Origin: Octopus vulgaris
Taxonomy: Eukaryota
Direction: 5' to 3'
NCBI GenBank assembly: GCA_951406725.2
Contig: OX597839.1
Span: 41,044,001-41,108,000, forward strand
DNA length: 64,000 bases
A model generated the notes under the pieces. The model worked only from the letters and a program-made list of their open reading frames with translations. It made no database searches and was not told the origin of the DNA. The translations under genes were made by a program, and so were the position numbers. Below are positions 41,262 to 55,244 of the stretch, one piece after another. Each line of letters opens with the position of its first letter. Positions within the stretch are counted from its first letter, which is position 1.

Positions 41262-41580
41262 AACACCACCACCATCACCACTACCACCAACACCACCATC
41301 ACCAACACCACCACTACCACCACCACCACCACCATCACCACCATCACCACCATCACCACCACTACCACCAACACCACCATCACCACTACCACCAACACCA
41401 CTACCACCAACACCACCATCACCACTACCACCAACACCACCATCACCACTACCACCAACACCACCATCACCACTACCACCAACACCACCACCAACACCAC
41501 CATCACCACTACCACCAACACCACCACCAACACCACCATCACCACTACCACCAACACCACCACCAACACCACCATCACCG
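41262..41580. repeat. (ACC)n-derived minisatellite, 24/36-bp units
   Basis: AACACCACCATCACCACTACCACC repeated. Confidence 0.9.
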
Positions 41581-41683
41581 TGACTCCTTACATCTCACCG
41601 TGGAATCTTTTGTTTTCCTTTTTCTGTCTCACTTCCTCCTCCTGCCCACCCACCCACCCACCCCTACCTCTCCCGTGCATACC

Positions 41684-41715
<32 letters not shown>

Positions 41716-42069
41716 GTGATGTCCATAGTATCAGTGACCATAACATTGGTGATGATGACGACGATGATGATGGTGATGTCCATAGTGTCCGCGATGATAA
41801 CGTTGGTGGTGATGATGACGATGATGATGATGGTGACATTGTTATCAATGAAAATACTGATGATGTTATTTATTGTTAATGATGCTTATATTACTATCAT
41901 GGTTGTTGTTGTTGTTGTTGCTGTTACTGTTATTGTTCCGCTGAGGTTGACTTTACCTTTCACCCTTTTCGGGGTCAACAAAATAAGCTGTGTACTGGGG
42001 TTGATGTAATCCACTTCACCCACACCATGAAGTTTCAAACCTTGTGTCTGTTGTAGACAATTGTTGTTG

Positions 42070-42115
<46 letters not shown>

Positions 42116-42135
42116 CATTATTAAGTTGGCATCTC

Positions 42136-42538
42136 AGGCGCAGGAGTGGCTGTGTGGTAAGTAGCTTGCTTACCAACCACATGGTTCCGGGTTCAGTCCC
42201 ACTGCGTGGCATCTTGAGCAAGTGTCTTCTACTATAGCCTCGGGCCGACCAAAGCCTTGTGAGTGGATTTGGTAGACGGAAACTGAAAGAAGCCCGTCGT
42301 ATATATGTATATATATATATATATGCATGTGTGTCTGTTTGTCCCCCTAGCATTGCTTGACAACCGATGCTGGTGTGTTTATGTCCCCCGTTACTTAGCG
42401 GTTCAGCAAAAGAGACCGATAGAATAAGTAATGGGCTTACAAAAAGAATAGGTCCCGGTGTCGAGTTACTCGATTAAAGGCGGTGCTCCAGCATGGCCGC
42501 AGTCAAATGACTGAAACAAGTAAAAGAGAGTAAAGAGT
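42136..42538 (+). mobile_element. SINE family A
   Basis: Full-length match. Confidence 0.85.
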
Positions 42539-42539
42539 A

Positions 42540-42842
42540 TCGACTTTGCCTTTCATCCTTTCAGGGTCGATTGAATAAGTACCAGTTACACACTGGGGTC
42601 AATGTAGTCGACTTAATCCCTTCCCCCAAATTTGAGGCCTTGTGCTTCCTGTAGAAAGGCGAAATGCTTAATGGTATTTCATGTCTTAACGTTCTGAGTT
42701 CAAATCCCAATGAGGTCGACTTTACCTTTCAACCTTTCGGGGTTGTTAAATTAAGTACCAGTTGCATACTAGGGATTGATCTAAATAGGCTAGTCCCCTT
42801 CCCCCAAAATTTCAGGCCTTGTGCCTAGAGCAGAAAAGATTA

Positions 42843-42876
<34 letters not shown>

Positions 42877-43122
42877 CATTATTAGAGTGGCGAACTGGTA
42901 GAATCGTTAGCACACTGGTCGAAATGCTTAGCGGTATTTCGTCTACCATTACATTCTGAGTTCAAATTCCACCGAGGTCGACTTTGCCTTTCATCCTTTT
43001 GGGGTTCGATTAAATAAGTACCAGTTATGCACTGGGGTCGATGTAATCGACTTAAAAACCCCTTTGTCTGTCCTTGTTTGTCCCCCTCTATGTTTAGCCC
43101 CCTGTGAGGAATAAAGAAATAA

Positions 43123-43175
<53 letters not shown>

Positions 43176-44147
43176 GGCAGTGAGCTGGCAGAATCGTTAG
43201 CACACTGGTCGAAATGCTTAGCAGTATTTCATCCGTCGTTACGTTCTGAGTTCAAATTGCTCCAAGGTCGACTTTGCTTTTCATCCTTTTGGGATCGACA
43301 AAACAATTATCAGTTAGCACTGGGGATCGATATAATCAACTAACCCCTGTCTCCACAGTTTCAGCCCAGCCCTAGCACCTATAAGTAAGTGGAAAGGATA
43401 ATCATTTTTATTATTCCACCTAGGTTGACTTTGCCTTTCATTCTTTCTGGCTTTCCATATCATGGTTCACCTATCGCGCCCTCAGTACGTCGCGGTTCAG
43501 TACATCGTGGATTTTTCTGGCTAATATATGTAAATTTATATCGCAGACTCCTCAGTATATTGCGGGGTTTTTTGCGGCTAATAGGTATTAACATTTTTTT
43601 AGATTTTAATTATTTCTGTGGGAGGTTTTCGAATGTAACACCCACGATAGCTGAAGGATTACTATAAGTACCAGTGAAACTCTGGGGGTCAATGTAATCG
43701 ACTGCCCCCCCCCTCCCCTGAAATTTCAGTCCTTGTACCTATAGTAGAAAGGATTATTATTATTAAGGGGACAAGCTGACACAGTTGTCAGTATGTTGGA
43801 CAAAATGCTGAGCTGTATTTCTTCTGATTCCTTATGATCTGAGTTCAAAGTCTGCCGAGGTCAACTCAGCCTTTCATTCATTCGAGGTTGATAAAATAAG
43901 TTCCGGTCAAGCATGCGTCAACATAATCAGCCACCCGCTTCCTCTAAAATTGCGGACTTTGTACTTGGACTAAATGCTTTATGTCGTTTGATCTATCTGT
44001 ACATTCTGAGTTCAAATTCTACCGAGGTTGACTTTGCCTTTCATCCTCTCGGGGTTGATAAATTAAGTACCAGTGAAACACTGGGGTCGATGTAATTGAC
44101 TATTCCTCTCCCCCAAAATTTCAGGCATTGTCTCTTCTGTAGAAAGG

Positions 44148-44191
<44 letters not shown>

Positions 44192-44663
44192 GGTGTTGAC
44201 ATGCCCAGCGGTATTTCCTCTGCCACTACGTTCTGTGTTCAAATTCAGCTGAGGTCGACTTTGCCTTTCATCTTTTCAGGGTCGATTAAATAAGTACCAG
44301 TTACGCACTGGGGTCGATGTAATTGACTCGATCCCCTCCCCCAAGCTGCCCTTGTGGCAAAAATTTGAAATCATCATTATTATTATTATTATTGAGTGAG
44401 AGAGCAGTGCATGCCATCAAAGTGACACTGGGGTAAAATATACAAAGCCCTGTATACCCATCATGACTACCCGTCTGATAAGGGTACACCAGGCACATGC
44501 ACCACAACCATATGTGCGTGACATGGTGATCTCATATCAAGATAAACAGCACATGACCTTGCAGGTGGGGCCCAGTTAGAATTTTCTTCTGGTCGAGTAG
44601 CCCATCCTGCTCAAAAGGTCCCTGAATAAGGGTTGCTTTAGGATGTTGAACGAAGCACCCATG

Positions 44664-44709
<46 letters not shown>

Positions 44710-46099
44710 GGTGGTGAGCTGGCAGAACCGTTTGCATGCCAAGCGAAATGCTTCGTAGCATTTCATCTAACTTCTTGTTCTGAGTTCAAATCCTGCTGAG
44801 GTCGACTTTGCCTTTCATCCTTTTGGGGTCGCTAAAATAAATACCACTGGCCTTGTGCCAAAATTTGAATAGCATGCTGAGTGAAATGCTTAGCAGTAGT
44901 TTTGTCTGTTGAAATTCCACTGAGGCTGGTTTTGCCATTTATCCTTTTGGGGTCAATGAAATAAGTACCAGTTATGTACTGGGGTCGATGTAATCAACTA
45001 GCTCGTTTCCCCTAAATTTCAGACCTTATGCCTTTGGTAGAAAATATTATTATAATTATTAGTATTATTGAGTCAGAGAGCAGTGCATGCCATCAAAGTG
45101 ACACTGGGGTAAAATATACGAAGCCCATTATACCCATCATGACTACCCATCTGATAAGGGTACACCAGGCACATGCATCACAACCATATGTACGTGACAT
45201 GGTGACCTCATATCAAGATAAGCAGCGCATGACCTTGCAAGTGGGGCCCACTTAAAATTTTCTTCAGGTCGAGTAGTCTATCCCACTTGAAAGATTCCTG
45301 AATAAGGGTTGTTTAAGGATGTTGAACAAAATGCCCATGTTTCCAGAGGTGAATTATTCAAACCCCAAAGAATTCCTCTCAACACATAGCTATGATGCTT
45401 CCCCACTACTTCTACTCGTGATCAGAGATGCACATATCATCAGCCACTAAGGGACATGCTCAACTAGTTAAGGTGAAACAACTGACAAGCAAATCTGTGG
45501 TATTGAGCAGAATATTTGCTGTAGCCCATCTTTTAATACTAAGACAAAACAACGTACATGATAACACTTCCAACCAGTTAAGATCAGAAGACATGAGGGC
45601 CACTGCCTGGTGCAGGGCATTTATCATTATTATTATTATTATTATTATTATTAAGGTGGTGTCAGAATTGTTAGCACATCAAGCAAAATTCTTAGTGGCA
45701 TTTCATCTGTCATTATGTTCTGAGTTCAAATCCTACCGAGGTCGACTTTGACTTTCATCTCTCTGGAGTCAACAAAATCCTGTTGGGGTGACCTCGGTGG
45801 AATTTGAACTATCCCCTTCCTCTCAAATTTACTGACTTTGTGCCAAGATTAGAAAGAAATCTGATTATTATAAAGGTGGCAAGCTGGCACAAAGTGATGC
45901 TACAACATGGCCAGATTCTGATAAATGCTTAGTGGCGTTTTATTCTTCTTTATGTTCTAAGTTCAAATTCTACTGAGGTCGACTTCACCTTTCATCCTTC
46001 CAAGGTCAGTGTGTGCTGGTTCAAGTCCTTAGGGGTCAATAAAATCAACTAAACTCTCCCCTAAAAATTCCATGTCTGTAGAAAGGATTATTATTATTA

Positions 46100-46145
<46 letters not shown>

Positions 46146-46585
46146 CATTATTATTTTTATTAAGGGGGCGAGCTGGCAGAATCTTTAGCGTGCCGGGTGA
46201 AATGCTTAGCGGTATTTCTTCTGCCGTTACGTTCTGAGTTCAAATTCTGCCGAGGTCGACTTTGCCTTACATCCTTTCGGGGTCAATTAAATAAGTACCA
46301 GTTACGCACTGGGGTCGATATAATTGACTTAATCTGTTTGTCTGTCCTTGTTCGTCTCCTCTGTGTTTAGCCCCTTTTGGGTAGTGAAGAAATAGGTATT
46401 TCTTCTGCTTATATGTTCTGAGTTCAAATTCCACTGAGGTCAACTCTGCCTTTCCATCCTTTTGGGGTCATTAAAATAAGTACCAGTTGAACACTAGGGT
46501 CGATGTAATCAACTCATCCCCTCCCTCTAAATTGCTGCTGTTGTGACAAAACTTGAGGCCATTATCATTATTATTATTATTATTA

Positions 46586-46650
<65 letters not shown>

Positions 46651-46888
46651 CAGGTGGTTAGCTGGCAGAATTGTTAGCACGCCAGGCAAAATGCTTTGCG
46701 GCATTTCGCCTGCTTTTACGTTGTGAGTTCAAATTCCGCCGGGGACGACCTTGCCTTTCATCCTTTCGGGGTCAATAAATTGGTACCAGTTACGCACTGG
46801 GGTCGATGTAATCGACTTAATCCCTTCCCCTAAATTCGAGGCCTTGTGCTTCCAGTAAAAAGGATCATCATCATCATCATCATCATCA

Positions 46889-46944
<56 letters not shown>

Positions 46945-47080
46945 TTTATAAGGTCATTAGAGCATCGGACCAAATTTCGATTGTGGTATCTCTTTCATCT
47001 GTTTGCATTCCCAGTTGAAACGTTTCCATTCATTCCTCCTGGGTCGATAAACTAAAGTAACATGGGCCTAAATCAGAAAA
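42540..47080 (+). mobile_element. Dense co-oriented array of SINE family B copies separated by (ATT)n, with two (TAA)n-associated LINE ends
   Basis: More than ten GAGTTCAAATTC...GGTCGACTTTGCCTTTCATCC cores, all on +; LINE ends at 44393-44665 and 45070-45620. Confidence 0.85.
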
Positions 47081-47759
47081 GATTATTGTTGTAGTAATAG
47101 TAGCTGTTGTGGCGGTGGTGGTGGTGGTGGTGTCATTGTCAGTGGTCATGTTATTGTTGTGGTTGTTGTTGATGTTTCTTTTAGCCCCAGGTCGACTCTG
47201 ATCAAGCAGGCATTCATTAACAACCAAATTCATTTCATTCCTATTATGTCATCCCATTCTGCCTGCGACCATCCCACAACATTCTTTCATTTTGGACATC
47301 GTGTAACCTGACGCACCCCACCATGCATATTGTCCAGTGTGTCCTTCCTTATGGGAGAACGGAGAGATTTGGCTGCTATTTCTAGCCAACCATGTCTCCA
47401 CCATGTTGTTGATGATGATGATGTAATGACGGTGGTAGTCATGTTGATATTATCAATATTATTGTTATTTTTGTTTAACCACAGGTCAGGTCAATCCTAA
47501 CCTTGTAGACCTATGATCATAGTCATTCTAGTTGTGACCACCCTGCCTTTTTCTTAGGTGCAAGTGAACCCGAGACCACATTATCCGATGTAGCTGTTTT
47601 TCTTTTCGCTTTTCCTGAGACAGTGGAAGCATGTGGTGATTTGAGGGAGGATCGGCTGCTATTTCTGATGGTGTTGCGCAACCACACAGAGGCTCCTTTG
47701 TTGAGTTGGGCAGTAGTGCGAGTAGTGGGGCTGGTCTGGTTGGGTGTGGTGCTGGTGGT

Positions 47760-47929
47760 GGTGGTGATGATGACGATGATGATGATGATGTTTACTACTA
47801 CTACTGCTGCTACTACTACCCCGACTGCTGCATCTACCACCACCACCATCACCACTATCACCACCACCACCACCACTACTACTATGACTTGCTGCTACTA
47901 CTACTATTACTACTACTACCACCACCACC

Positions 47930-47973
<44 letters not shown>

Positions 47974-47975
47974 AG

Positions 47976-48018
<43 letters not shown>

Positions 48019-48262
48019 CACCACCACAGCTACTACTACTACTACAACTACTATTACAACGACTACTACTTCTGCTGCTACTACTACTACTACCACTACT
48101 TCTGAGCTAATGCTAATAATGTTTATGTTGACATCGCCATAGATGTCCGTGATGACGACGACGGCGATGTTTATATGAGGCTGACGACTACAACTTCCAC
48201 TGCTACTAATGTTATTACAGCGATGATGGTAACTGCAATGAGGATGACGATGACAACGACAT

Positions 48263-48295
<33 letters not shown>

Positions 48296-49190
48296 CTATG
48301 GCGATGATGACAACGATGACTATTATGATGATGATGATGATGAGTATGGCGATGATGACTATGATGATGATGATGATGATGATGATGACTATGGCGATGA
48401 TGACAACGATGACTATTATGATGATGATGATGTTGAGTATGGCGATGATGACTATGATGATGATGATGACTATGGCGATGATGACAACGATGACTATTAT
48501 GATGATGATGATGATGAGTATGGCGATGATGACTATGATGATGATGATGATGATGATGACTATGGCGATGATGACAACGATGACTATTATGATGATGATG
48601 ATGATGATGTTGAGTATGGCGATGATGACTATGATGATGATGATGACTATGGCGATGATGACAACGATGACTATTATGATGATGATGATGATGATGATGA
48701 AGATGGATAAAAATAGCAATGCCGACTGAGCTGTTCTTGAGATTGAGGATACTGATGATGATGGTGGTGGTGGTGGTGGTGGCGACGATGATGACGATAG
48801 CCTTGACAGATGTTGCTGTTGCTCATGATGATGATGATGATGATGGTGATGGTTATGTTGTGACAATGTTGGCTTAGGTGTTTGTTGTCGATGCTGCTGT
48901 GGCTGCTCTTGATGGTGATGATGATGATGATGATGATGGTGGTGGTGATGATGACAACAATGACAATAGCAGTACCAACAGAGGCTGTTGATGATGATGA
49001 TGATGATGGTCATTATGGTGATGGTGATGACGATGATGATGATGATACTGGGGCAAGTCTGACTGAGTGTCATTATTGATGATGATGATGATGAGGATGA
49101 TGACACTGACATGCTATTGTTGTTGTTGATGATGATGGTTATAATGGCAATGGATGCTTTCTTAAGTGTTGTTGATGATGATGATGATGT

Positions 49191-49247
<57 letters not shown>

Positions 49248-49319
49248 CAACGATTATGATTAAGTGTTGTTGATGATGATGATGATGATGATGATAATGA
49301 TGTTGATGATGTTGATGAT

Positions 49320-49350
<31 letters not shown>

Positions 49351-49489
49351 ATGATGATGATGGCGACATACATCAGATATTGATGACGTGTTACATGTCT
49401 ACCATCATCGCCACCACCACCACCACCACCACCACCACCACTACAACCACCGCCATTATCACCAGTTCCATCACACACGCACCACCACC

Positions 49490-49520
<31 letters not shown>
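47760..49520. repeat. Trinucleotide mosaic (TAC/CAC/GAT) including an ~80-90-bp higher-order repeat at 48290-48700
   Basis: GACTATGGCGATGATGACAACGATGACTATTAT recurs five times. Confidence 0.9.
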
Positions 49521-49523
<3 letters not shown>

Positions 49524-49982
49524 CTGCCAACATTTCCACCCCCATCCCCAACCCCACCCCTACCACGCTTCCCCCCCCCCCCCGTCGTGACTCCCACCCC
49601 CACCACTAACCATCAGTAACAACACACTCAGTACACAACTACTTTGCACCATACACCATTTGCTGCCACTTGCACCACCTCCATCACCACCACCACCACC
49701 ACCGTCGCCACCACTTCCTCCACCGCCGTCACTGTACACCATACACCACCCACCCGCCCATCCATCTTTTCCTCCCTTCTAACTGCCACAATCTTTAAAT
49801 ATTTAGCAGGGATCCCATACCTATTGGGGCTTCTCACATTCACACACACACACACACACACAGATACACCCACATACTCAAAGGATATGCTTCCTTATAT
49901 ATGCAAACGCACACACACACACGCACACACAGATATACACGCATATACATTTACAAATGAATACACACGCACACACACACAC

Positions 49983-50017
<35 letters not shown>

Positions 50018-50069
50018 AACATACATACACACATTTATACACAAATACACCCACATATAAAGTTTACGC

Positions 50070-50910
50070 TTGTTTATATATGCAAACTTACACACACTCA
50101 TATACATATATAAACACACGCACACATACACACACACACAAATAAACGTACACACACACACACACACACACACACATGGATATACATACATATACAAAAT
50201 ATATGCTTGTATATACATGCAACCATATATACACGCACATATGTATATTAACATAGACACACACACACATATATATATACATATAAACATACATACACAA
50301 ATACATACACTCATATACATATATAAACACACACATATAAATAAGCATACACACACATGGATATACATACATATACAAAATATATACTTGTATATACACG
50401 TTACCATATATACATGCGCATATGTATATTAACATACACACACACACATATATATACATATATATACATACACACATACATACACAAATACACACTCATA
50501 TACATATATAAACACACACACACACATATAAATAAACATACACACACACATGGATATACATACATATACAAAATATATGCTTGTATATACACGCAACCAT
50601 ATATACACGCACATATGTATATTAACATACACACACACAGTTATATATATATATGTGCATACATACACATATACACACAGATACGCATGTATATATATGC
50701 AAACTTACACACTCATATACATATATAAACACACACATATATACACACACACACACATGGATATACATACATATACAAAATATGTGCTTGTATATACACG
50801 CAACCGTATACACACGCACATATGTATATTAACATACACACACACACACAGTTATATATATATACGTGCATACATACACATATACACACAGATACGCATG
50901 TATATATATA
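50070..50910. repeat. ~180-210-bp higher-order repeat built from CA/TA microsatellites, about 4 units
   Basis: ATGGATATACATACATATACAAAATAT recurs at 50176, 50357, 50550, 50757. Confidence 0.8.
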
Positions 50911-51338
50911 AATGCACACATGTCTGTATCCCTGTATATATACACATGCATGAGCAAACATGTTTGAACATGCATGCACGCTGATATAACATTTCCTTTA
51001 TTGCTGATCTCATGTGTGTATATACATCTATATACACTATATATATATATATATATATATATGTATACATATATGTGTGTGTGTGTATACATTACCAAAT
51101 ATAAACACAGATGCGCATGTATAAACTGACATAACATTCCCATTATGTCTGACATTGCACGTACTATGTTGTGTATATACACACATGTGTACACACATAT
51201 CTGTATATATACGTGCGTCTTTATGCCTAAGTGCATACGCAGACACCCGCATATACACACATATATAAACACACACATGCACGCAGTCACTGATGTTGAT
51301 GTTACTCTTGCTCTAAGATATCATGTTTTGTAAGGCTT

Positions 51339-51378
<40 letters not shown>

Positions 51379-51408
51379 TTGTATAACCATTTACATACTC
51401 ATCTACAA

Positions 51409-51446
<38 letters not shown>

Positions 51447-51984
51447 GGATGTTAACATTCCTTGTTTGTACAGCTCTGCTATCTGGGGTTTTTGCTTACA
51501 CACACTTGCTTACACACATACATACATACAAGTGTATATACACATATATGCACACATGTATATATAAACACCACATAAAGGGTGTGAGGTTTCTCTGTGG
51601 TATTTCAAGCTGCTAGAGATAACAGCTAAATTCATTCAATACCTTATTGTCATGGGCAAAGTGAAGGACATGTTAAGTATTGTCATCCTTGACATATCAC
51701 AACTAAGATAGCATGATCATGGCTGGAATGCCTTTGTTCATAAGGTTGCTCAGTCAGGTCTGACCTAGGGCTAAAGAGTAAGAATAATGCTTGGATGCAT
51801 GGTAGAAATAGCAGCTATATTTGTCTTAATAACATCCTATCATCATCATAGATGAAGGACACATTACAAAATATTATCCTTATTTCCACATACATCATTT
51901 GTGCACAGTCTGTGTGGTTAAGAATTAAGCTTTCCAACCACATGGTTCCAGGTTCAGTCCCACTGCATGGCATCTTGAGCAAGT

Positions 51985-52144
51985 ACAGTTCTATATTTAA
52001 GAGATGAGGAATTATGAACATTATTTACATTATTTACATTTCAGCTGATACCCCATTTTAGCTGATATACCCTCCAGCCTTCATCAGGTGTCTTGTGGAA
52101 ATTTTGAACCTGGGTTCTCATTCCTAAGGTATTTTTTGTTGTTG

Positions 52145-52192
<48 letters not shown>

Positions 52193-52441
52193 TCACTGCC
52201 TGGAATTGAACTCGGAATCTTGGGGTTAGTAGCCCGTGCTCTTAACCACTACGCCATATGTCCATGGCCATATGAATAATAATAATAATAATAACATCGA
52301 AAAATACCTTAGAAATGAGAACCCAGGTTCTAAATTTCCCCAAGACACCTGATGAAGGCTGGAGGGTATATCAGACAAAACGTTGTGTTAACAACAAACA
52401 AGATGAGGACAAAATCCGTCAAAATGTAAATAATGTAAATA
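51985..52441. mobile_element. Head-to-head inverted tRNA-headed element with decayed hammerhead motif, inserted in a family A SINE
   Basis: 13-bp TSD ATCTTGAGCAAGT (51972-51984, 52442-52454); arms about 52020-52137 and 52300-52441 inverted; tRNA-like A/B boxes on minus strand at 52190-52262. Confidence 0.75.
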
Positions 52442-52535
52442 ATCTTGAGCAAGTGTCTTCTACTATAGCCACGGGCCATCCAAAGCCTTGTGGGTGGATT
52501 TGGTTGGTAGAAACTGAAAGAATCCCACCATTATA

Positions 52536-52943
52536 GCCACAAGAGAGGCTGTGTAGTAAGAAACTTGCTTCTCAACCACATGATTCTGGGCTCAGTCCCA
52601 CTGCGTGGCACCTTGGGCAAGTGTCTTCTGCTATAGCTTCGGGCTGACCAAAGCCATGTGAGTGGATTTGGTAGACGGAAACTAAAAGAAGCCCATCGTA
52701 TATATGTATATATATATATATTTATGTGTGTGTGTGTTTGTCGGTGTTTGTCCCCCCTAGCATTGCTTGACAACTGATGCTGGTGTGTTTACGTCCCCAT
52801 CACTTAGCGGTTCGGCAAAAGAGACCGATAGAATAAGTACTGGGCTTACAAAAGAATAAGTCCCGGGGTCGATTTGCTCGACTAATGGTGGTGCTCCAGC
52901 ATGGCCGCTGTCAAATGACTGAAACAAGTAAAAGAGTAAAGAG
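52536..52943 (+). mobile_element. SINE family A
   Basis: Full-length match. Confidence 0.85.
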
Positions 52944-53496
52944 TATATCTATTGACCCCAAAAGTGACAGCTTATGGCCTAGTGGTTAGGGTTTTGCTCT
53001 CATGATTATAAGATCACAATTTCAGTTACCAGACCGGACAGTGCATTCGGTTTTCTTGAGCAAAACACTTTGTTTCACATTGCCTCCAGTCCACTCGGCT
53101 GTTAATGGGAGCAACCCCTGCAACAACCTGGTGTCCTGTTCAGTGGGGAATGTCGTGGCCTTGATCACTTACATGCCATGGAAACTGGGTAAAAATCTTG
53201 GGACTCGAGATAGTAATGTCCAGGTGTTGATAATGATGATGATGATGAAAAGCTGAAAGGCAAAATTGGCCTTGGCAGGATTTGAACTCAGAATGCAGTG
53301 AACTGGAACAATTACTCACAAAACATTTGCTCCAATACTCTAATGACTCATTAATTTGCTTTTACTGGTTAAGTAGGTCTGTGGTCAAAAGTATTTCAGC
53401 AATGACTCCCCTCATGTTTTCTCAGCATTGTTTAAATAACACATTGTTATCCAGTGTAGTTAAGGTTGCCCTTTATTAGCTGGTAGTGTGTGTGAT

Positions 53497-53876
53497 AGTT
53501 AGTTAGTTAGTTAATTTTTTGGCTCAAAAAGCAAAAAGCAAGGCCATGTAGGGGGACATGGAGTTATGTACAGGGTGGTGTTCATGTAAAGAGTTCAGGC
53601 CACTTGAGGTCAAGGGAGACTTTGAACTGAGCGGTCGTCGGCATCTTCACCATCTCGTCTGGCAGCTTATTCCATGGATCCGCAACCCGGACGGAGAAAT
53701 CCCCTCTCCTTCGATTGAGATGAAATCGTCACAGATAGAGCTTTTCGGAATGACTCCGGAGCGGACGCTCTGGAGCAGGAGTGAAGAACAGCTCTTTCGA
53801 GAGGTTACACTTTCCGCTTATGATGTTGTGGGCGAGAATGAGATCACCACGACGTCATCGTTTTTCTAGAGAATAA
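53497..53876 (-). mobile_element. CR1 LINE 3' end with (TAAC)n tail
   Basis: YSLEKR*RRGDLILAHNII...LRSHSEKL...FSVRVADPWNKLPDEMV...FKVSLD with in-frame stops. Confidence 0.85.
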
Positions 53877-54060
53877 GTGATTTAGCTCTTTCGTTGCGAC
53901 ATCACAGTTTCTTTGGGAATACTCGGCCTTTGTTTATTTTTAAAATAATGAAGAATTTTGGGTAAAATGTCTTTGTCATTATGTCATTATCAACCCTTTT
54001 GCTACCAAACCTCGAGTAACTGCCCCTAATTCTATGGTAGAAACTTCTTGTTTTAACCCT

Positions 54061-54720
54061 TGACCGATACTCCTGGGTACAGATCAAGACTCATGGGTAA
54101 GGGTTGAGACTCCTGGGTAGGGACTGAGGCTCCTGTGTAGGGATTGAGATTCTTGGGTAGGAACCAAGACGCCTGGGTAGGAACCGAGACTCCTGGGTGA
54201 GAACCGAGACTCCTGGTTAGGAACCGAGACTCCTGGTTAGGAACCAAGACTCCTGGATAGGAACCGAGACTTCTGGGTAGGAACCAAGACTCCTGGGTAA
54301 GAACCGAGACTTCTGGGTGGGAACCGAGACTTCTGGATAGGAACCGAGACTCCTGGATAGGAACCAAGACTCCTGGGTGGGAACTGAGACTTCTGGGTAG
54401 GAACCAAGACTCCTGGATAGGAACCGAGACTTCTGGGTAGGAACCAAGACTCCTGGGTAAGAACCGAGACTTCTGGGTGGGAACCGAGACTTCTGGATAG
54501 GAACTGAGACGCCTGGGTAGGAACCGAGACTCCTGGGTAGGAACCGAGACTCCTGGGTAGGAACCGAGACTCCTGGGTAGGAACCGAGACTTCTGGGTAG
54601 GAACCGAGACTCCTGGGTAGGAACCGAGACTCCTGGGTAGGAACCGAGACTCCTGGGTAGGAACTGAGACTCCTGGGTAGGAACCGAGACTCCTGAGTAG
54701 GAACCGAGACTCCTGGGTAG
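54061..54720. repeat. 20-bp minisatellite GAACCGAGACTCCTGGGTAG, about 33 units
   Basis: Exact 20-bp period; degenerate at left, homogeneous at right. Confidence 0.95.
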
Positions 54721-54916
54721 ATAAGAGTTGGCAACAGGAAGGGCATCTGGCTATAGAAAATCTGCCACAACAGATTTTGTTTGTCTCATGCAAGCATAGA
54801 AAAGTGGATTTGAAATGATGAATGGTGATGAGAATGTTCTGACCTCAGACAAATTTGTAACACATGGGCACAAATGCGTGATACCTGTATAAATTCACAA
54901 TGACTAATTTGACTGA

Positions 54917-55241
54917 CCGGCACTCTGTCGGTTACAACAATGAGGGTTCCAGTTGAGCCAATTAATGGAACAGCCTGCTCGTGAAATTAACGTTCAACTG
55001 ACCGAGTACTCCACAGACACATGTACCTTTCGTGTAGTTCTAAGGGAGATTCAGTGTGACACAGAATGTGACAAGGCTGGCTCATTTTGAATTACGGGTA
55101 CAACTGATTTTTGCCAGCTGAGTGGACTGGAGCAATGTGAAATAAAATGCCTTGCTCAAGCATACAACGTGCCACAGGGAATTGAACTCACAACCTCATG
55201 ATTGTAATCTGCTTACCCTAACCACTAAGCCACGCGCCTTC
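54917..55241 (-). mobile_element. SINE family D (tRNA head, V-domain-like segment)
   Basis: Minus strand GAAGGCGCGTGGCTTAGTGGTTAGG...GAGTTCAATTCC...CTTGAGCAAG; tail shared with 56761-57087(+), which is flanked by TGCCAGAACA repeats. Confidence 0.75.
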
Positions 55242-55244
55242 ACT

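Noticed and set aside
41142-41879. Mucin-like Thr-rich 245-aa ORF
   Set aside because: Built from ACC and GAT repeats, other frames equally open, non-ATG start.
48210-48710. Asp/Tyr-rich frame resembling acidic biomineral proteins
   Set aside because: No start codon or splice signals found; (GAT)n arrays are everywhere in this window.
54053-54793. 246-aa repetitive ORF
   Set aside because: 20-bp period is not a multiple of three; the same peptide appears in all frames.
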